Below the pieces are notes generated by a model. The model was not told where the DNA came from, made no database searches, and was given only the letters and a program-made list of their open reading frames with translations. A DNA stretch of 32,000 bases from positions 29,464 through 61,463 of the forward strand of contig ACYB01000010.1 in assembly GCA_000175855.1 (NCBI GenBank), read 5' to 3'. Every line of letters starts with the position of its first letter. The first letter of the stretch is position 1. Source of the DNA: Raphidiopsis brookii D9 (GTDB lineage: Bacteria > Cyanobacteriota > Cyanobacteriia > Cyanobacteriales > Nostocaceae). A program made the translations under genes and the position numbers. This document shows positions 28,009-32,000 of this stretch, in pieces.

Positions 28009-28662
28009 TTACTTTGATGCTCGATGAGCTATCACTGCGTAAAAGGGGTCTCCTCCAGTTAGACCCAACCATTGTTGTATTAAATGGGGAGCTTTCGCTC
28101 TGGTAGCAATTACCTTGGGGGTAGTAAAACCGGGCACGGAGGCAAAATAACGTTTGACCAACTCTACTCTGGATGATTCTGTGCCATCACGCCAGATTTG
28201 AATCGCTTTCTGATAGAACATCCGATTGGAAAAACTAATAATAGCCACACCACCAGGTTTGAGAATGCGATGAATTTCTGAAAATATAGCCTCTGGATAT
28301 TGGATGTACTGCACAGAAACGCAATTGATCACAGCGTGAAAGTCCTGGTTCCCTAGTGGTAGCTGGGGTTGGGCGTTAATATTTTGGACGAAATAATGAT
28401 TTAAGCGAGGATTGCGTGCTAGTTCCTGAGCGTTTAGTCCGTGCCCTTCCACATAGTCAAAATCTACCTCTGGTGGTAGATGAGATACCCAGCTACTCAT
28501 CATATCAAAAATGCAGGTTTTGGGTTGCAGGTATTGACGGTATATGTCAGTTAGCTGCTGAATGAATCCATCATCAACATGAGTTACCAATCGTGGGTAG
28601 TCGTAAAATAGGTTGTCATCGGTATCGTCTATTTTTAGACGTTGTTCTGGTCGCAGCAGCAT
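28009..28662 (-). CDS. Class I SAM-dependent methyltransferase
   Basis: 217 aa. The region LKPGGVAIISFSN and the preceding acidic-loop pattern fit the Methyltransf_11 type fold. Substrate unknown. Confidence 0.65.
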   Translation of the reverse strand: MLLRPEQRLKIDDTDDNLFYDYPRLVTHVDDGFIQQLTDIYRQYLQPKTCIFDMMSSWVSHLPPEVDFDYVEGHGLNAQELARNPRLNHYFVQNINAQPQLPLGNQDFHAVINCVSVQYIQYPEAIFSEIHRILKPGGVAIISFSNRMFYQKAIQIWRDGTESSRVELVKRYFASVPGFTTPKVIATRAKAPHLIQQWLGLTGGDPFYAVIAHRASK

Positions 28663-28684
28663 AAGAAAGATTCCTAACTCCTCA

Positions 28685-30901
28685 TCATCTTTTTAGACCA
28701 ACTGAATTACCTTGATGGCTATCTTTTAAATCCTCATAATCACCTGTGTAATACCCGGAATATTGGTATCCTCCATATCCACTTTCCTCGCTGACACCAT
28801 TGACAACCATACCCAACACTGGCACCTTAGCCTGAGTTAGTAGGGTGTTTGCAGCACTCACGGCTGAGGATTCTACCCGACCGGGACGAACCACTAATAA
28901 TACTCCATCTACTAACTTACTTACCACTAGGGCATCCGCTACGGCAGTTAGGGGTGGTGTATCAATAATTATAAAGTCATATTCGTTACGAACTTTTTGG
29001 ACAAAATTTACCATGGACTCTGAGTCTAAAAGTTGCAACGCATTGGGAGGAGTATTACCTGCTGTTAAAACGCTTATGGATGATACTTCCTGAATGGATG
29101 CTCCTAATTGGGTGCGGCCTGCCAAAATTTCAGATAGTCCCACAAAGTTAGGTAGTTTCCAAACCCGATGTTGACAGGGACGACGTAAGTCCCCATCCAC
29201 TATGAGGACTCTTTTACCCAGATAGGATAATGCTGCAGCTAAATTGGCTGAGACGAAAGACTTACCCTCACCCTGGGAAGAGCTAGTGACCAACATTACT
29301 TGCAACTCCCGATCACGAGCAAATCCCAGGTTGGTTTGCAGTATTTGAAAAGATCTGCTGATGGGTGAATAGGGTTGATCAAATAAAGGTAAATCCCCTT
29401 CACCTTCCCATTCTCCTTTATTTTTGCGTTTTTTTGTTTCAAAGTTGGGAATAGACCCCAATAGGGGCAAATCTAATAACCGATTGATCTCCTCAATATT
29501 CTTCACGGATTTATCAAGAGACTCTAATACTAGCGCTGTTCCCACCCCCAAAATGACACCTAAAATTGCTCCTATACCAATGTTAAGGGGTATTCTGGGA
29601 GAAACAGGTCTTTTGGGAACTAAGGCACTGGATAATACTCTAGCAGTACCAGTTGTTTCCCCTTGCAATATTTCCAACTCCTGTAATTGCTTTTGTAGCT
29701 GTTTATAAGTGGTCACTACTATTTCCAATCTTAACCTGAGTCTTGCTTCTTGTTGCCCTAAACGCGGCAAGCTAGTTAGTCTTCTTTTATAAATGGAAAG
29801 CACATTCTGTAAAGCGTTGATGTTACTAGAAAGTGTTAGCTTTTCTATTTCTGATTTAACTAATTCTTCCGTTAACCCCTGTTTTAAGTCTGGCATGTAC
29901 AAACTCCTCTCCCCTAAAGCACCAACATTACCAACTGACTGGTATATTCTTTCTTGTAGTTGCTTTTTCAGGACTTGCCCTTTGGCCGTTAAGCTAACAA
30001 CCTTAGGATTATCATTAGTATAAGTTGTTTGGGCTACAGCAAGCTCTTGTTCGTTTTTTTGGTACTCTTTCAGTACCTCTTGTACACCTGGAATTTGACT
30101 TAAAGTACTAACTAGGACGGCTTGCTGTTTGTTCAACTGCAGTTCGTTTTGCAAAGCTGAGGACCTTGTATAAACTACAGCCAATTCAGCTTGAGCTTGA
30201 TTAATCGCAGCGTCTACAGTACTGACGTTCTTCATACCTGACTCAGCTTCTGCTTCTAGAGATATAATCTCATTACTTTCTTTAAATTGACGCAGGTCAG
30301 TTTCTGCTTTAGCAAGTTCCCTCTCTACCCTAGGCAATTTTTTAGCTAAAACTTGCCTTGCTTTTGCGCTAGCGGAGTTATTAATAACAATATTACTCAA
30401 TAAGTATTCATTCATCAATCCATTTACTACTTTCGCTGCTTCATCAGGAATTTTACTGTCATAAGTAAACTCCATAACATTAGTGCCACGAACTGTCTGG
30501 AGTTTTAGGTTACCAAGAATCACATCGGGATCTAAGGGTTTTCCCTCATCATCCTGCAACTCAAGTGTTTCAACAAGTTGTTCAAGCATGGGCCGAGAGC
30601 GAATTACCTCAGCTTCATTTTCTAGTCCACTACCACCACTACTAGTAGCGCCAGTAAGTTGCGCTAATTCTGCCAGTCCCCCCAAACGGGTTAAAGAAGA
30701 AACACGATCACCCTCAAATAAAAGTTTTCCCTTTGCTTGGTAAACTGGTTTCTGGAAAAGAGTGTAGGAGATTGCCCCCCCTAATACTGAAGCCATGACT
30801 AACAATACTACTAGCCACCGACGTCTGAGTATCATCCAGTATAACTGTAAATCAATTACATCTGATTCCTCTTGGTTAACTTGGTTAATGGGCATAGACA
30901 A
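28685..30901 (-). CDS. wzc: Polysaccharide co-polymerase / BY-kinase (Wzc/GumC-like tyrosine autokinase)
   Basis: 738 aa. N-terminal Wzz domain with a TM helix, a long coiled-coil periplasmic region and a second TM helix. The kinase has Walker A SSSQGEGKS, A' VLIVDGDLRRP and B DFIIIDTPP, followed by a Tyr-rich tail GYGGYQYSGYYTGDYEDL. Confidence 0.85.
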   Translation of the reverse strand: MSMPINQVNQEESDVIDLQLYWMILRRRWLVVLLVMASVLGGAISYTLFQKPVYQAKGKLLFEGDRVSSLTRLGGLAELAQLTGATSSGGSGLENEAEVIRSRPMLEQLVETLELQDDEGKPLDPDVILGNLKLQTVRGTNVMEFTYDSKIPDEAAKVVNGLMNEYLLSNIVINNSASAKARQVLAKKLPRVERELAKAETDLRQFKESNEIISLEAEAESGMKNVSTVDAAINQAQAELAVVYTRSSALQNELQLNKQQAVLVSTLSQIPGVQEVLKEYQKNEQELAVAQTTYTNDNPKVVSLTAKGQVLKKQLQERIYQSVGNVGALGERSLYMPDLKQGLTEELVKSEIEKLTLSSNINALQNVLSIYKRRLTSLPRLGQQEARLRLRLEIVVTTYKQLQKQLQELEILQGETTGTARVLSSALVPKRPVSPRIPLNIGIGAILGVILGVGTALVLESLDKSVKNIEEINRLLDLPLLGSIPNFETKKRKNKGEWEGEGDLPLFDQPYSPISRSFQILQTNLGFARDRELQVMLVTSSSQGEGKSFVSANLAAALSYLGKRVLIVDGDLRRPCQHRVWKLPNFVGLSEILAGRTQLGASIQEVSSISVLTAGNTPPNALQLLDSESMVNFVQKVRNEYDFIIIDTPPLTAVADALVVSKLVDGVLLVVRPGRVESSAVSAANTLLTQAKVPVLGMVVNGVSEESGYGGYQYSGYYTGDYEDLKDSHQGNSVGLKR

Positions 30902-31283
30902 CCTCTCTCATTATGACGAACTCTAATTTAACACATTCGTTCTAACACAACCTTTCCTTTCATAACATATTTTTTTAGCAGATTTTTTTAACGCACTTTC
31001 TTAACAATTTTGAAATCTTTCTGCCCTTATGGTAGTTTCATCTATAATTACGTTAAAACTACTAAGGTAGCAAAATTGTGATGTTATCGTTCTTGAAACT
31101 ATGCGATCGCACTGTGTGAATTGATTTGACTGAATATTATCTGAAATAATTTACCGAAAGTAATGAGTATTTTAGCTCATTCGGTACCAGCAGTTACTGT
31201 ATGACTTGAAGAAATCAACTAGTTAGATTAGATGAAATTCTTATAGAAAACATTAGTATTCTCTCAGAAATTCTTACACTAGT

Positions 31284-32000
31284 TTATTCCCAATCTGCTC
31301 GAATGAGGTTACGCTTACTGCGACTGAAAATTAACCCCACTTCATGGACTGTTTTCCCTGGTTCTCCTCTATACTTTTGTGCATAGTTACATTCCTGTAT
31401 CTGTTTGAGAGCTAGGTTCTCTTTCACCTTCTCCCCATCTACTACTTTGATTTCCATCACGTAAATATGATCACCCAAAATGGCAGTTATGTCCGCTTGA
31501 CCATAATTGGTGATATCTTCGGGGATGATGCGTGCATTTAAGGAACTCAAGAAAGCATATAGTACAGAAGCGTAGTAGCCCTCGAAATCCGCTAGGTGAT
31601 TGTTAGTAAAGTTACGCCAAGGAATACCCGCAAATAGACGCTTTACCGCCTTAACTATTGATTCCAAATCCCCATTCCACATACACTCATACAGAATATC
31701 TTGAATAGCACTCTTTTCATTTACCATTCCTGTGTATACGTTGATAAACTGGTCGTTTAAGGTTAAACGAACTTCCATGTTGGGTATTTTTAGGGCAAAC
31801 ATGGAACGTCGATGACGGGTAAAGTTGCGCTCAATAGTGAGATATCCTGATTGGAATAATAGGGTAACTGGGTTGATTTGTTCTATTTCAAAGGACTTTA
31901 AAATCTCCTCGGTTACTTCCAGATGCTCTAGGTTGGGGAGGAAGTAGCGGTTGGTCTGAAACAGCTTAATTAAAAAGGTGGGGTTCCCTGTCTCAAACCA
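31284..32000 (-). CDS. AAA-ATPase-like / PD-(D/E)XK nuclease (PDDEXK_9, DUF1703) family protein, 5' end beyond the window
   Basis: The frame stays open from 32000 (WFETGNPTFLIKLFQTNRYF...LLFQSGYLTIE...) into the listed 172-aa ORF. The C-terminus has the nuclease-like core E-x15-D-x13-E-x-K (IPEDITNYGQADITAILGDHIYVMEIKV). Confidence 0.65.
   Translation of the reverse strand, partial: WFETGNPTFLIKLFQTNRYFLPNLEHLEVTEEILKSFEIEQINPVTLLFQSGYLTIERNFTRHRRSMFALKIPNMEVRLTLNDQFINVYTGMVNEKSAIQDILYECMWNGDLESIVKAVKRLFAGIPWRNFTNNHLADFEGYYASVLYAFLSSLNARIIPEDITNYGQADITAILGDHIYVMEIKVVDGEKVKENLALKQIQECNYAQKYRGEPGKTVHEVGLIFSRSKRNLIRADWE

Overview
This is a chromosomal segment of a filamentous, probably Nostocales-like, cyanobacterium. 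Support for that: at least 15 copies of the HIP1 palindrome GCGATCGC, plus CP12, NTRC, a HetZ-family protein and a ThiO-ThiG fusion. Most of the window is ordinary housekeeping: rbfA, guaA, cbiD, cobQ, cimA, thiO-thiG, tldD/pmbA, ssb, a Wzc-type exopolysaccharide co-polymerase, a CDF transporter and an ABC permease. I saw no rRNA, tRNA or CRISPR array, and no convincing multi-gene defence island. Five things are worth a second look. (1) The NADPH-thioredoxin reductase C gene is split by a 2,249-nt group II intron (10323-12571, minus strand). Its ribozyme hallmarks look intact, but its reverse transcriptase/maturase ORF is decayed. Joining the exons in silico rebuilds the conserved TrxR motif exactly. 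(2) There are two orphan copies, about 195 nt long and about 94% identical, of the 3' end of an IS200/IS605-family tnpB, the region that encodes the omega-RNA scaffold in intact elements. No TnpB ORF is present in the window. One copy abuts the RBS of a secreted low-complexity protein gene, and the other is followed directly by a consensus promoter. (3) A type IV pilin gene is frameshifted at a G5 run. (4) A conserved-looking ORF is split into 108-aa and 167-aa pieces with no credible second start. (5) Two paralogous small DUF4327-like genes each sit behind a long leader. All product names come from motif recognition by eye, and no database search was run.
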